Assembly: GCA_026004535.1 (NCBI GenBank)
Contig: BPJI01000002.1
Coordinates: 688-64,687, forward strand
Origin: Candidatus Parcubacteria bacterium
Lineage (GTDB): Bacteria; Patescibacteriota; Minisyncoccia; UBA6257; HR35
DNA length: 64,000 nucleotides
Reading direction: 5' to 3'
The notes beneath the pieces were generated by a model. The model saw only the letters and a program-made list of their open reading frames with translations, had not been told where the DNA came from and did not search any database. How positions within the stretch are numbered: the first letter of the stretch is position 1; every line of letters starts with the position of its first letter. This document shows positions 9,546 to 21,800 of this stretch, piece after piece. The translations under genes and the position numbers were made by a program.

Positions 9546-9773
9546 TTATAGAAATGTATAGTTTTTTAATTTGTTAATTTCCTCTTCTCTTAATAGATTG
9601 TAGTTTTCAATCCTGCCATGAATATACTCTGCAATGAATAGAAATATCGCAGGATAAATAATTTTAGAAAGTAGGTTATTTTTGGTTAAATGAGCAAATA
9701 AGAAGCCGCCCGTAATGGCAATTACGTAATTTAGTTTCTTATAGTTATCATCATATATTTTTGTTTCATTCAC
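9546..9773 (-). CDS. Small two-TM protein
   Basis: YVIAITGGFLFAHL and IIYPAIFLFIA segments. Confidence 0.65.
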   Translation of the reverse strand: MNETKIYDDNYKKLNYVIAITGGFLFAHLTKNNLLSKIIYPAIFLFIAEYIHGRIENYNLLREEEINKLKNYTFL

Positions 9774-10074
9774 TTTTAAATAATACGCTTATTAAAGATA
9801 TAAGTAACAAAGAAACTGATGCTATTCCAATGATATAAAATATTTTATTTACTTCAATTTTATCTTTTTCTTCTTCATTATTTTCATTTTTCAATATATC
9901 TTCATCGTTCCCCGTATATGTTTCGCTTTGGTATAAATTATCGTTAAACAATTTATCCAAATAATTTTTAATGTCTGTAAGTGCTTTTGAAGAGTTAATG
10001 TTTAATGAAGGATTGCCTTCATTGGATATATCAAGATGTTTTTTGTCGTCGCTATTTAAATAGTTGATAACCAT
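9766..10074 (-). CDS. Tail-anchored protein
   Basis: C-terminal TM IFYIIGIASVSLLLISLISVLF. Confidence 0.7.
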   Translation of the reverse strand: MVINYLNSDDKKHLDISNEGNPSLNINSSKALTDIKNYLDKLFNDNLYQSETYTGNDEDILKNENNEEEKDKIEVNKIFYIIGIASVSLLLISLISVLFKSE

Positions 10075-10076
10075 AA

Positions 10077-10631
10077 TTAGAGTTTTCTTAAAATAAGTGC
10101 AATAACTAATATTGCCAAAATAATTTTGATGTATTCTAATTGTTTTTTAGTTATTTGAAATGTAACCTTTTCAACGTTTCCTTGATTTGTGTTTTGTTGT
10201 GTGTTTGTGTTTGTGGTGTTTGATATATTTGATGTGGTGTTATTTTGGTCTGATACAGGTGAAAATATGGTTATTTTTACAGTTTGAAAATCTTGTATGT
10301 CTTTCGTTAAATTTGCAGCTAATAACTCTCTTTCGCTTTTAGGATAGTCAATATTGTTGATAAATTCAAATATCTTTTTAGTAACATAATCTGCGTCGTC
10401 TTTAAATTCAATTCCCTTATTGCTTAAAAAATCTTTAAAAATATTCTCTACATACTTTTTATCTTTATCTAATTTGTACTTAATGAAAACTCTTAAATCT
10501 TCCTCTTTTACATTAAATTCAACAAATGTAGGTGGTGCTAATCTTGATGTCTCTGTATCAAGTAAATATGTGTAATTATAATGAGAATAGTCAAGCACAT
10601 TTTCAAGGTCTCTGAATATTACGTCTGCCAT
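10077..10631 (-). CDS. Tail-anchored protein, possible paralogue of 10640..11452
   Basis: Helical domain, N/T linker, C-terminal TM IIILAILVIALIL-like. Confidence 0.7.
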   Translation of the reverse strand: MADVIFRDLENVLDYSHYNYTYLLDTETSRLAPPTFVEFNVKEEDLRVFIKYKLDKDKKYVENIFKDFLSNKGIEFKDDADYVTKKIFEFINNIDYPKSERELLAANLTKDIQDFQTVKITIFSPVSDQNNTTSNISNTTNTNTQQNTNQGNVEKVTFQITKKQLEYIKIILAILVIALILRKL

Positions 10632-10639
10632 AGTTGTAA

Positions 10640-11452
10640 TTATTGTTTTGCTTTTAATATAAAATAACCTATTAACGAAAGCATTAAAACCGATACACCA
10701 ACAATTATGTAAACCATAGAGTTATCTTTTTCAGTTGGTGTGTTGGGATTTGTTGTAATAATAATAGGCGTATTTGAGCTACCGCTTGTAGTTGTTGATG
10801 ATGTGTTACTTTTATTACCTTTAAGTGTTCCGAATAAATTAGAAGCACTATTTAATAAGTTACCAAAAGCATTTAAAGTATCTGGAAGTGATTTTTTAGG
10901 TTGAGGTGAAGATGTAGATGATGAAGAAGAAGTGCTGCTTGATTGTTGTGCCGTATCATAAGATAAACTTTCTCCCAATGAAACAATATAAAGCATAATT
11001 GCTTGTGCAAGATTTATATCTTGAGTAGTTCTAATTTTTTCTGCAATTGCATCCATCAATTGTTTTGGGTCGCTTTTATATGTTATGTTATATTTATCTA
11101 AAATAGCCATTAATGTGGCATCTTTATTTTTAATTTTTTCAATAAATAAAGGCAATATTTTCTCTTCATCAAATCTTAAATCAATAACACCATTGTCAAC
11201 ATTTTCAAATGCAGAATCCAAAAGATACTTATGCGTGTTCTCATCCATAAAAACATCATAAGTTAAATTACTTCCTACAATATTGGGATAAAGTGATTTT
11301 GCCCTATTTAATTTCTTGTATTTATAGGTCAAATTAAGATTTTGTATTATATTTTTTCCAATGCATTTATTTGCGTTTATTGAAGTAATAGGGATTAAAT
11401 CGCCTGTAGGTAACAGGCATTTTCCTTCAGGTATAGTGATTGTTGCAGCCAT
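10640..11452 (-). CDS. Tail-anchored virion membrane protein
   Basis: S/T linkers, amphipathic LNAFGNLLNSASNLFGTL, C-terminal TM. Confidence 0.7.
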   Translation of the reverse strand: MAATITIPEGKCLLPTGDLIPITSINANKCIGKNIIQNLNLTYKYKKLNRAKSLYPNIVGSNLTYDVFMDENTHKYLLDSAFENVDNGVIDLRFDEEKILPLFIEKIKNKDATLMAILDKYNITYKSDPKQLMDAIAEKIRTTQDINLAQAIMLYIVSLGESLSYDTAQQSSSTSSSSSTSSPQPKKSLPDTLNAFGNLLNSASNLFGTLKGNKSNTSSTTTSGSSNTPIIITTNPNTPTEKDNSMVYIIVGVSVLMLSLIGYFILKAKQ

Positions 11453-11455
11453 AAT

Positions 11456-11995
11456 TTAAAATTTAAAAATTAGTTTTGATATATTGTATGTAAATATTAG
11501 TCCAACGCCAAGTAAAAATAAGTTTAATAATGTTTTTTTGTCAATATAGATATTAATATAAACTACATTCGCATTATTATTAGTGTCCATATAAAACTTT
11601 TCGCTTTTTTCTTTAATATCTTTCAGTATTTCTTCGTCGTGTATATCCAAATATTTAAGATTTTCAAAAGCATCTGATAAAGTATTTTTATTTACATCAT
11701 ATTCCAAGTTATCATTTTCAGTAAAGTCAAAAAATAATGTCCGAAAGTCAGAGTAAATGATTCTTTTTTGCTCTTCGTTAATGACTAAATTATCTAAATC
11801 ATTAACAAAAGATTTTAATAGATTTTTTGAAGTCAATAAGATATTTTTCTGTTTTTCGCCGGCCAAAATATCATCTCTTAACTGCATTAAAGATTTTACA
11901 TAATTGTCAGAAAGAGATTGGGGCAATAAAACAGAGTAATGGATAATGAATTTGTCTAAATTTTTTAAGAATGTCAAGTATTTATCCTTATCCAT
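11456..11995 (-). CDS. Tail-anchored protein
   Basis: C-terminal TM LLNLFLLGVGLIFTY. Confidence 0.7.
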   Translation of the reverse strand: MDKDKYLTFLKNLDKFIIHYSVLLPQSLSDNYVKSLMQLRDDILAGEKQKNILLTSKNLLKSFVNDLDNLVINEEQKRIIYSDFRTLFFDFTENDNLEYDVNKNTLSDAFENLKYLDIHDEEILKDIKEKSEKFYMDTNNNANVVYINIYIDKKTLLNLFLLGVGLIFTYNISKLIFKF

Positions 11996-12008
11996 ACTTT
12001 GTTTTTTT

Positions 12009-12036
12009 AAAAAAAGGGCGGTTTTATCCGCCCTTT
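12009..12036 (-). terminator. Intrinsic terminator after the capsid candidate
   Basis: AAAGGGCGG-ttttat-CCGCCCTTT hairpin with a U-tract on the minus strand. Confidence 0.8.
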
Positions 12037-12054
12037 ATGTTGTAAATAAAGAAA

Positions 12055-12849
12055 TTAACGGCTGAATAATCCGCCCAAAATTGAGCGTTTTTCAACGGGT
12101 TGGCTTTCCATAGGTTGGTCGATGGAAGGAGCAGGTGCTTGAATGGTAGCAGCCGATTTAACCATTCCGCCTACTTCAGCAATGGGTCTACCACCAATCA
12201 TAGGAGTCGCAGGCACTGCTGAAGGTTCTAAAGGTCTTACCACAGGGCTTGCACCAAACAATTGATTAGAAGGTACTACTTGATTACCTACGAAGAAATT
12301 GAAGGTAATAGAAGAGTTAGGAGCAATGATACCAACGATGCTTGTTTTTGCATCTACTTTAATTTGCAACGGAACATCAACGATGCTTTGGTTTTGATAA
12401 CGTCCGTCAATGAAAGCAGAAACAGGTATGGAACTTGTGAGAGCCTTGCCTGAAGCATCTTTGGTTACTACTTTCAAAATTTGTTGCAAATTTGTTTGTG
12501 TTTGTGAAACAATACGAACACCTGCAAATACGGTAGGTTGGTTTGCGGTTTGTGTGTAAATTTCGGCATAGGTCAAATCAGGGTCGCCGGTAGTAATCCT
12601 AATTACACCACCGGAGGTTGGTACACCTTGTAGGTTTTGCTCACTCGGGTCGGTGATTTGAAACCTGTTGAAGTTAAATAACACAAATCTACCTTGATTT
12701 GCAGGGTCGGTGTTTGTAACAATAATTGAATAAGGGATAGAAGTCATTGCATACGGCAAAGTCCCTGCGGGAAGGCATCCTGAATCTAAAAGATAGTCAT
12801 GCCCATCCCCCATGTCGTATGCGAATCCAGTTTTTAAATTCCTGTTCAT
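12055..12849 (-). CDS. Putative major capsid protein (jelly-roll type)
   Basis: Beta-rich core (YSIIVTNT, FVLFN, GVRIVS, LKVVTKD, SITFNFF), visibly higher GC than neighbours, near the head of the membrane-protein operon, own terminator. Confidence 0.55.
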   Translation of the reverse strand: MNRNLKTGFAYDMGDGHDYLLDSGCLPAGTLPYAMTSIPYSIIVTNTDPANQGRFVLFNFNRFQITDPSEQNLQGVPTSGGVIRITTGDPDLTYAEIYTQTANQPTVFAGVRIVSQTQTNLQQILKVVTKDASGKALTSSIPVSAFIDGRYQNQSIVDVPLQIKVDAKTSIVGIIAPNSSITFNFFVGNQVVPSNQLFGASPVVRPLEPSAVPATPMIGGRPIAEVGGMVKSAATIQAPAPSIDQPMESQPVEKRSILGGLFSR

Positions 12850-12904
12850 AGTTTTAAATTTTTTTGGTTAAACATAATTGTTCATAAAAGAACTGCTTTC
12901 ATAA

Positions 12905-13009
12905 TTAATTGCCTTGTTCTTTGGTTGTGATTTTGAAATAAATCACATTGCCAATTACTACAGCAACTACTGAAAGCAGAAGACCGATTAAAACAGATTT
13001 TGCGTCCAT
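12905..13009 (-). CDS. 34-aa single-TM protein preceding the capsid gene (below ORF-track cutoff)
   Basis: MDAKSVLIGLLLSVVAVVIGNVIYFKITTKEQGN, directly after a TAAATTTG element. Confidence 0.65.
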   Translation of the reverse strand: MDAKSVLIGLLLSVVAVVIGNVIYFKITTKEQGN

Positions 13010-13043
13010 AATTAAAAAGTTTTTAAGGTTAATAATTGCAATA

Positions 13044-13051
13044 CAAATTTA
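13044..13051 (-). promoter_or_regulatory. Promoter -7 element (TAAATTTG) of the structural operon
   Basis: TAnnTTTG 35 nt upstream of ATG 13009. Confidence 0.55.
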
Positions 13052-13135
13052 GGTAAATTAAATACACAATAAAATTTTTTGCTGCTTTTATTTTTGTAGT
13101 AATATCATTTAGTTTTTAACCTACCGCCATTTTAA

Positions 13136-13509
<374 letters not shown>

Positions 13510-13529
13510 AGTTTTCTAAATTTTAAAAT

Positions 13530-13808
13530 ATGGAAAATTCAGAATTAAAAAGGAAAAATTTCTTGATAAAATCTATTCAAGATTATATTCAAGCAATTGA
13601 AAATGAAATAAATGAGAAAAAATTTAAAAGTTATGATGATTTATTGTTAATATACAAAAGGATTGAATACATTGAAGCATATATTTTATTCTCGAACGAT
13701 ATTTTTGATGAAAATAATGAAAGTGATAAAGAGTTAAAAAAAGAATTGATTAATAAATTAAAAAAACTAAATGAAGAGTTGTATAAAAGAATTGAGATTA
13801 ATAAATAA
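13530..13808 (+). CDS. Hypothetical helical protein
   Basis: 92-aa ORF, first gene right of the putative origin. Confidence 0.6.
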   Translation: MENSELKRKNFLIKSIQDYIQAIENEINEKKFKSYDDLLLIYKRIEYIEAYILFSNDIFDENNESDKELKKELINKLKKLNEELYKRIEINK

Positions 13809-13813
13809 AAAAT

Positions 13814-14284
13814 ATGTCTAATTTTTATCAATTAAGGAATTTCGGTGGGAACGGAGAAAGTATTTTCAAAGAAGATTTTATTGATTATTTTAAGATACCG
13901 TACAAAGACGTAAGAGACAATATCATTTACAGGAAACTTGAAGTGGACTACATAATAAATGGTGATGTAAAAATTGAAATTAAAACTACAAATTCGACAA
14001 ATTACTTGTATTTTCTTGAATATAAACTCTATAAAAAAACGAATGAAATAAAAACAGGTTGGTTTTATTATTCAAACTCAAATTTTTTTGTTTTTGTATT
14101 GATTAAAACAAGAAAAATTATTTTCTTAAAAAGAACGGATGAATTTTATATTTATTACGAAAAACACATTAAAAACAAATATAAACTAATTGAAGACGAC
14201 CAGAATACAATAATCTCATATTATAGAAAAGTGCCAATAAAATCTTTAAGAAATTTCATTGTAGAATATCAAAGATACATTTAA
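13814..14284 (+). CDS. PD-(D/E)XK nuclease-fold protein
   Basis: GE...VDYIINGDVKIEIKT...FLE...GWF pattern. Confidence 0.55.
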   Translation: MSNFYQLRNFGGNGESIFKEDFIDYFKIPYKDVRDNIIYRKLEVDYIINGDVKIEIKTTNSTNYLYFLEYKLYKKTNEIKTGWFYYSNSNFFVFVLIKTRKIIFLKRTDEFYIYYEKHIKNKYKLIEDDQNTIISYYRKVPIKSLRNFIVEYQRYI

Positions 14285-14307
14285 TTTTGTATTAAAAGAA
14301 TTAATAA

Positions 14308-15138
14308 ATGCAGGAAAATTTAAAAAATAAATTTCAAGAATTGATAAATGGCAGTATAAATCAACCTTATATTGAGTATTTATATAATAATTATGTTCAA
14401 AAAAAAATTGAAATATCTCAAAAAATAGGATTGCAGAAAAGACAAATATTAGTTTACACAAAAAGCGAATCCGAATATATTGAGAAAGCATATAAGCATT
14501 ACTTCGATGTTATACTTCCAGAGTTTTTTTCCATATTGTTTTTAAATTTTATCTTTACAATACATAATAAAAATAAATGCAGGGAGGAAAAAATACAAAA
14601 AAAGGTTTCTTATATCAATAAATTGACGAAATATTATTTGTATAATTATCAATACTCAAATACAAAGTATGGGAATTATGATTATAAAAATGACACGATT
14701 GCCATTGAGTTTCTTATATTTATGATTTATTATTATGATTTTGCTCTAAATATGAAAGTAATGAACAAAGATGAGATAAAAAGATTGCATACAAAATTAT
14801 ACGAAATAGACAAGAACGAATCTATTCTGCTTGCAAATTCATACGTTTTTAATTTGGCAAATGATATAATCTTGAATAAAGAAATGCTTAATAATATGCA
14901 GTTTAATCAATTATTTTTTTTATTAAATTTGCAAAACTTATGTCTTTTTATGCTCGGAAAGTCAATTAATAACAATAGTTTTTATTTTGGAAGTTTTTAC
15001 AAAGTATTCAATGAAAAAATAGACAATCAGAAAGATATTGTAAGCAGTTTATTTTTAAATCAAAATAAAAACATAAGTATTATATTTGGCAACGAATATT
15101 TGCAAAATATAAAATCAAAAATAAATAGCAAAAAATGA
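14308..15138 (+). CDS. Hypothetical protein
   Basis: 276-aa ORF in operon. Confidence 0.65.
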   Translation: MQENLKNKFQELINGSINQPYIEYLYNNYVQKKIEISQKIGLQKRQILVYTKSESEYIEKAYKHYFDVILPEFFSILFLNFIFTIHNKNKCREEKIQKKVSYINKLTKYYLYNYQYSNTKYGNYDYKNDTIAIEFLIFMIYYYDFALNMKVMNKDEIKRLHTKLYEIDKNESILLANSYVFNLANDIILNKEMLNNMQFNQLFFLLNLQNLCLFMLGKSINNNSFYFGSFYKVFNEKIDNQKDIVSSLFLNQNKNISIIFGNEYLQNIKSKINSKK

Positions 15139-15845
15139 AAACAACTTATTTTGATAAGCAAGGTAAATCTTACTTCTATAATCAATACTTGATAAAAAAT
15201 TATAAACAAATTTTTTTATCAATTCCACTTGGTGGGGTAATGAATGATATTAGCATGTCAGAATATTTTAAAAGTTTTGTTGGTAGCATATCGGAGCAAA
15301 TAATCTTATATTCTTTCCTTGAAATGATAAACAATGAAGATGATATATTAAATGAGTATCTAAATAGAAGCCAATATGCTAAATTAGAAGAAATATCCGA
15401 TAAATATAAGTACCTAATAGACATGCCTTTTATGTATGATGAGTTAAAACAATTTTATAATTCACTTGATAATAAAACTATGTTGCAATTTGAATCTAAT
15501 TTAGTTAGATACATAAACCAAACAATAAATTCAGACGAATTTGTAGATTATTTTAATTTACCAAATAATGACTATTATTTAGATTATTCTGACGAAAATC
15601 AACTATTTAATGAATTGCCGGAAGTAATTAACGGATATTTAATTGAAAACAGCGACGTTTATTTTAACATAAATAAAAACTTTAGAATTTTAATACAATT
15701 TGCAGAAGAGTTGTATAAAAAAGATAAAACAAAAAAAGTTATTGAACCTGTAAAAAATAACTGCTACAAATATCTTTCAGAAAATGAAATAGTCAACTTA
15801 TACGATAGGTTGAATAATATAAAATATGCTTTATCATATAAATAA
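15135..15845 (+). CDS. Hypothetical protein
   Basis: 236-aa ORF, ATGA overlap. Confidence 0.65.
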   Translation: MKTTYFDKQGKSYFYNQYLIKNYKQIFLSIPLGGVMNDISMSEYFKSFVGSISEQIILYSFLEMINNEDDILNEYLNRSQYAKLEEISDKYKYLIDMPFMYDELKQFYNSLDNKTMLQFESNLVRYINQTINSDEFVDYFNLPNNDYYLDYSDENQLFNELPEVINGYLIENSDVYFNINKNFRILIQFAEELYKKDKTKKVIEPVKNNCYKYLSENEIVNLYDRLNNIKYALSYK

Positions 15846-15867
15846 AACAAACTAAAAATTTATTACT

Positions 15868-18800
15868 ATGCAAGAAGGGAAACTTTTAAAATATAGCAAA
15901 AACGTACTGCTTGATTTATCAGGTAAAGTAAAATTTGCAGAGGACACTCTTATACCTTTTAATCTATCTGCAGAATTGAGCGAGCAAGAAACAAATCTTT
16001 TGTTTGACATATTAAAAGAATTAGAGAAGCATGAAGATATAAACAAAAACAAAAGTTTATACTCTTTATTATTGCAATATCTTGAACTTAAATTAAAGCC
16101 AGACAAAATAGATGATATTGCCGAAAATTTAACAGGGGAGCAATTATACGCAATTGCACTTGGGATAAGAAACTTTGAATCAAATAATCATAGAAAAGGT
16201 GTTATCATAGGTGATACGATGGGATTTGGTAAAACAAGAATAGCAGCGGGCTATGTTCAGTATTTTATTAACAGGCGAAATGCACCATTTTTTGTATGCT
16301 CAAAAGAAGTGTTATTAAGTGAAATAATCAACGAATATATTGAGATTAATAAATCTAAATTTTATGATGCAAATGGTAAATTTGATATTAAGAAAGCAAG
16401 GAAATTCAAATTGCTGCTTTTTAACGAAAGAAAAAATATAGATGTTTTATATAAAAAGGGTAAAGAATATGTATCTGAAACAATTTATAGTTCAGATATA
16501 AATGATTTGAAGAATTTTGTTGAAGATGTTTTAAATGATGAGTTGTTGAGAAAATTTATTTTGTTGTTTAACCTGTTTAACTTTTCCGGGAATAAAAATT
16601 TAAGTAAAGAAATTAAAAATTATAATAAAAATTTGGCAAAATATTACACTGATAAAAATAAAGTTAGAGATTCAAAAAAAGAAGAAGGGCATAAATATTA
16701 CTATTTTAAAATGTTGTTTTCTGTTGGTTATATTTTGCAAGATGATATTAATTTTGTTAAAAATAAAAGATTATTTTATGTTAACAATAAAGAAGAATTG
16801 GTTGATGTATTAGATTATTTGTCAGATATAATTGAAGATTTTGAAAATAAATACAATGAAGCGAAAAAAAGATTTTTTGAGATACTTGTCAATAATGGAT
16901 TTATTGGCATAGGGACAACATATTCTCAATTGAGAACAGATTTTAGTGCAAATGATTTATACATAAATGTTGATTTGTCAAATTTCTATAAAAAAGACAA
17001 TTTTAAAGTCAAATTTAAAAATAAAGACAATAAAACGTTAAAAAGCATATTGTTTAACTTAACAAGTATATTTACTAATGTAATTTATGACGAATCGCAC
17101 AATATCGCAGGTGCAGAAACTATTGGTAAAACTACTACAAACTTTTTGTATCATAATTTCCATCCATATCTGAATTTAATTGCTTTTGAAAGTTTACTTT
17201 ACTCTTTAGATATAAAAAAATATGAGTTAACAAAACCTATATTGCAAGAAAAATTAAAAAACGACGAAAAAAATAGGTTTTCAACTTTAATTGAAGCATT
17301 AAATACCACAAAGTTTATATATGTTTCAATTAGTAAAACATTTACTAATCTGCTTCCTGAAAATGACAATCAAAATGATGATAACAAAAAAGAATTTTTA
17401 TGGTTTTTAAATGATGCTTTGAAAAGTGATTATATATCTTTATCTAATGATTTTATATCGAATAAGTTTAGTGCGTTTATGTCAGCAACTTTTGTTAAAA
17501 ATAATGGTATTATAATGCCTATTTTGTCTTTGTTTACAGATATAGGCACATTCCCAAACAAGATGATGTATTTTATGAGTTTTGATACGAAGATGTTTAA
17601 TAGCGAAAATGCAATATATTTTAAGCAATATCTTCCTAAATATTTAACAAAAAGAGGTTATTATATCAATAGGCAATTTGAATTGGTCACACCGCAATAT
17701 GAACCTATTAATTACATAATAAATAAAAATCAAAAAGAAAATGTAAATGATATTTATAAAAGGTTTATCAATCATTTTAAATTGCTTAAATCCAAAAAAT
17801 ACATAATGGAGAATATTTATTCTTATTTTTTATTAAAAAACGTAATTGATGTTTATAATTTTAAAAATTCAACAGAAGGATATTTTATTGATATTTTTAG
17901 AGAGAATCTTGTTAATGTCAATAGTATTTTAACCTCTGTAAACACAAGCGATTATGGCAATTTCAAAAAATTATTCATAAAAACCATTATTGATATATCC
18001 AATTTTTGCGAGGATATAAGCATTATTGAAAAAGCGTTTGGAAAAAAAATAGATGATAGTATTGTGAATAATGATGTTTTATATGATATGTTAAACAATG
18101 ATAATGAATTTGATTATAAATTAAGATGCACATTTATTATTATTCAATTTGGTGCTATAAAATATGGGTTAAATAATTCAGAGATAAAAATAATTACTTT
18201 AATAGACGATTCGATTTATCAAAACACTTCAGGTTTTAATATTTGGAAGCGAATTGATGAATTAATAGGTGTAAAGGAAGAAGATAACTTTTTCACGAGT
18301 AATGGTTTTCAAATTTTCAAAAAATATAAAGAAGCCAAGGATTTTATATTAGAAACAAAAGGAAACGATATTAATAATGACAATAATGATTCTATATCAT
18401 ACAAAATTAATTTTGAATATACAATAGATGAAATTTTTCAACCTTATACAGAAAAAAGATATGAAAATATTCTAAAATTTTACGAAGACAATAACACGTA
18501 TTTTAATTTATATGCATATGCCAATACAGACCATTTACTTGCTGTAAGACGATTAATTGCCTCAAATATTATTTCAATGTTTACAAAATTTAATTTTGGA
18601 AGGTTTAATAATAGTTTGGTGAAAAATTTCATTACTGCAATAAAAACTGTTGATATAACTCACAAATCTATTGAAATATTAGAAGGAAACAAAAATGAAA
18701 AATTAGATTGGATTCCTAAAAACAACGATGGATATAAGTTAATTGTATCATATGACCATACATTTGATAACTATTCAAAGGTTATATTAAACTCTTATGA

Positions 18801-21800
18801 AGGAAAGAAAGTTAAAAACGATGTAAGATATTTATTTGACGCAATAGAAAAAGATAATAATGTTTTTAAGAATATAGCATATCAAATAAATTTAAACTTT
18901 GTGGTTGACGATTACGAAAAACTATTAAATAAATATAAAGATATAATTTTAGAAAAATATATTGAGTATTCAAAAGATAAACAATTACCAAATGTCGATA
19001 GAGCATTTCAAATAATTGACAAAACATATTCTTCATTATTTACAACCGAAAATGAATTTTCAGGGTTTCCCAATGATAAATTATTTTGTTTAAAAGGGCA
19101 ATACTCTATTTATAAAAACTTGCAATACTTATATCAAGAATATTTAATCAATAAAGATATTGATTATAATATCCCATTTCAGCCCTATGATTATATAAAC
19201 AATACATTAAAAAACTATTTCAGGCAAAAAGGAATTAAATTTAATATGCTTGATGGTACGGGGAGGAGATATAAATTTGAACAAATACAGGGAGACAGCG
19301 AAGGGTATGGATATATTATTAAGACAGGTGAAATTTTGGCAGATAGTGATGAAAGTGAAGACGATATTGACGATATTGATGAAAACGAATCTATATTAAC
19401 AACAAAAGATATTGAAAGTGATGAAGAAATTGAAAGTTCAGAAACAGAAAGTGAAGATGAAAATGTTTATGTTGCTGTTTCAAAAGACGAGAATTACATA
19501 ATTAATTTAAGAGAAAAAATTCATTTGTTTAATAATGATAATCAATACAATTTAATAATAATAAACAGGCGTGCTTCTGAAAGCGTATCCTTACATGCAT
19601 CAGAAAAGTTTAAAGACAGAAGACCGAGAGTAATGATTATTGCAGAAGCAGAATCTAACAGTATCAATGAGATACAAAAACGTGGCCGTATAAATAGAAG
19701 AGGGCAAGTCGCAAAACCTTATTATTACTATCCTTACACAACCATACCTTACGAGAAAAGAATAATTATGATGTTAAAGAAAAAATTGATTCATTTGGAA
19801 GGCGTTACAAAAGGAAATAGAAACCTTTCCGATTTTAGTGAGGAAGAATTAAGAAAATTGCAAGATTTAGAAAATGAAGATGCAAATAAAATATTAGTAG
19901 ATATATTGCAGAAAAAATTAAGCGATTCCAGTTTGCCACTATTTGATTTGCATCTTTCAGATATGCGTGATTTGTTTGCATTGATTCAAGATAATGAAAC
20001 GGGCAGAGATGAAAGACGCTTTAATAATAGGATTGCGAGTGGAAAAGGATTGATAACTAAATTTATGCAAAATTATTATGTGTTTGATTTTGAAACGCAA
20101 GAAACAATACTAAACTCACTTATTGAATCCTATTTTAATATAATAAAAGATGTTGTAGAAGAAAAACCAATAAAAGCAAATATAGAAAGTAGGGATGTAT
20201 TTTATTATTCTAATTACAACAGATATTACGATTACAATAATGAAAATTTAAATAATACATTAATTGAAATACCGGAAATAAAATATTCTTTAACTTATAG
20301 AGAAAAAAATAATAAAATCAATTATGCAAACATTTATATTGACGCAATTAAATATTTGTCTAATGTAGATGAAGATAAAAAAATTATTAATCAATACATT
20401 GCGTTTTTAAAATATGTAACAAAAGAAAATGAAAGTGTGGTGCAAGATGAAGTATTGGCAAATGTTTTGGATGTAGATAGTTTATATGAAGATTTATATT
20501 ACTATCATGAAAAGTTAATGCAGGGGGTTAATATAAATATAAAATATGCGTTTATATTATTAAAAGCATTCAACATATTTGCTTCTTCTTTAAACAAGAA
20601 AACGTACATTAATTTATTGCGTGGCTTCTATTACAAATTATACAAGACACATATTTTAGGTTTATATGAGAAAGTAATTGAAATGTTTTCACAGTTCAAC
20701 CAAAGGCAAAATTTAATAAGCCAGATTGATTATTTTTCTAACTTGCAACTATTCAAGCAAAATGTCGAATTGTTGTTAAATATACCGGAAATAGATAAAT
20801 ATCAAGATGGCGATGAGTATTTTGAGGAACAAATTTCAAAAATTGAAGGTAAATATCACTTAATTAAAGATGAAAATGGTGAAGAATTTAAATTATATGT
20901 TCTTGAAAGTAATGAAGGAGAGTCAAATGTGCCTGTCATAATGCAATTAGATAAGAAAATTGTAGATTTAATTATATATTTATCGGATGTTAACAGGGCA
21001 TATCTATATTACAAAAAGATTGTCGCACATATTTACGAGAGCATGAATAGGGAAGGAAGTGAAATAAGCAAAAATATATCTGATAAATTGAAAAAGGATA
21101 TATTGGATATTATAGTGAATAATAAACATGATTATTACAATAACAATATTGACATACATTTAAGAAAAGTAAAAAATGAAATTTATCACAATGCTCTTTG
21201 CAATGTGCTTGTTAAAAAAATGTATTTACAAGAAGCAAATAAAGTTGAAACGAAAATTTTTAAAGATGGTATATCATTGATTCAAAAAATAAATACAAAC
21301 TTGTATAAAAAATTGTATAAAGCATGGGAAAAAGTTTTCAATAAATTAGATAATGAAAATAATAATATAAATGATGTAATCAGAAAAATGTATTTTGGAA
21401 AAGATATAACTCAAGACGAATATTTAAAATTAGATAAAAAAGAAGTTGCAAAATTTGAGAAATATCAAAGTGAGGTAAAAAAATCATTGATATCGTACAC
21501 AAAATATTTGTTTGATAAAGCGGTTAAACATTATGAAGATAATTTGTTGAAAGATAAAGATGAAAATACAAATGTAAATTTTCACTTATATCAAAAGATA
21601 GATTTAAAAGAGTTGGTTGATTATGTAATTGACTATATGTCAAATAGCGAGTATGTTTTAACTAACGAAATAGTTAATGTTGTAGAGAAAGAAGCGTATA
21701 TTGAGGAGAACTATGATAAATTTGTCAAATTGCCAAAAAATCTTAAAGATTTATACATTAAAGAAATAAGATATGGCAATATAGAAATGCTGATTGATAA

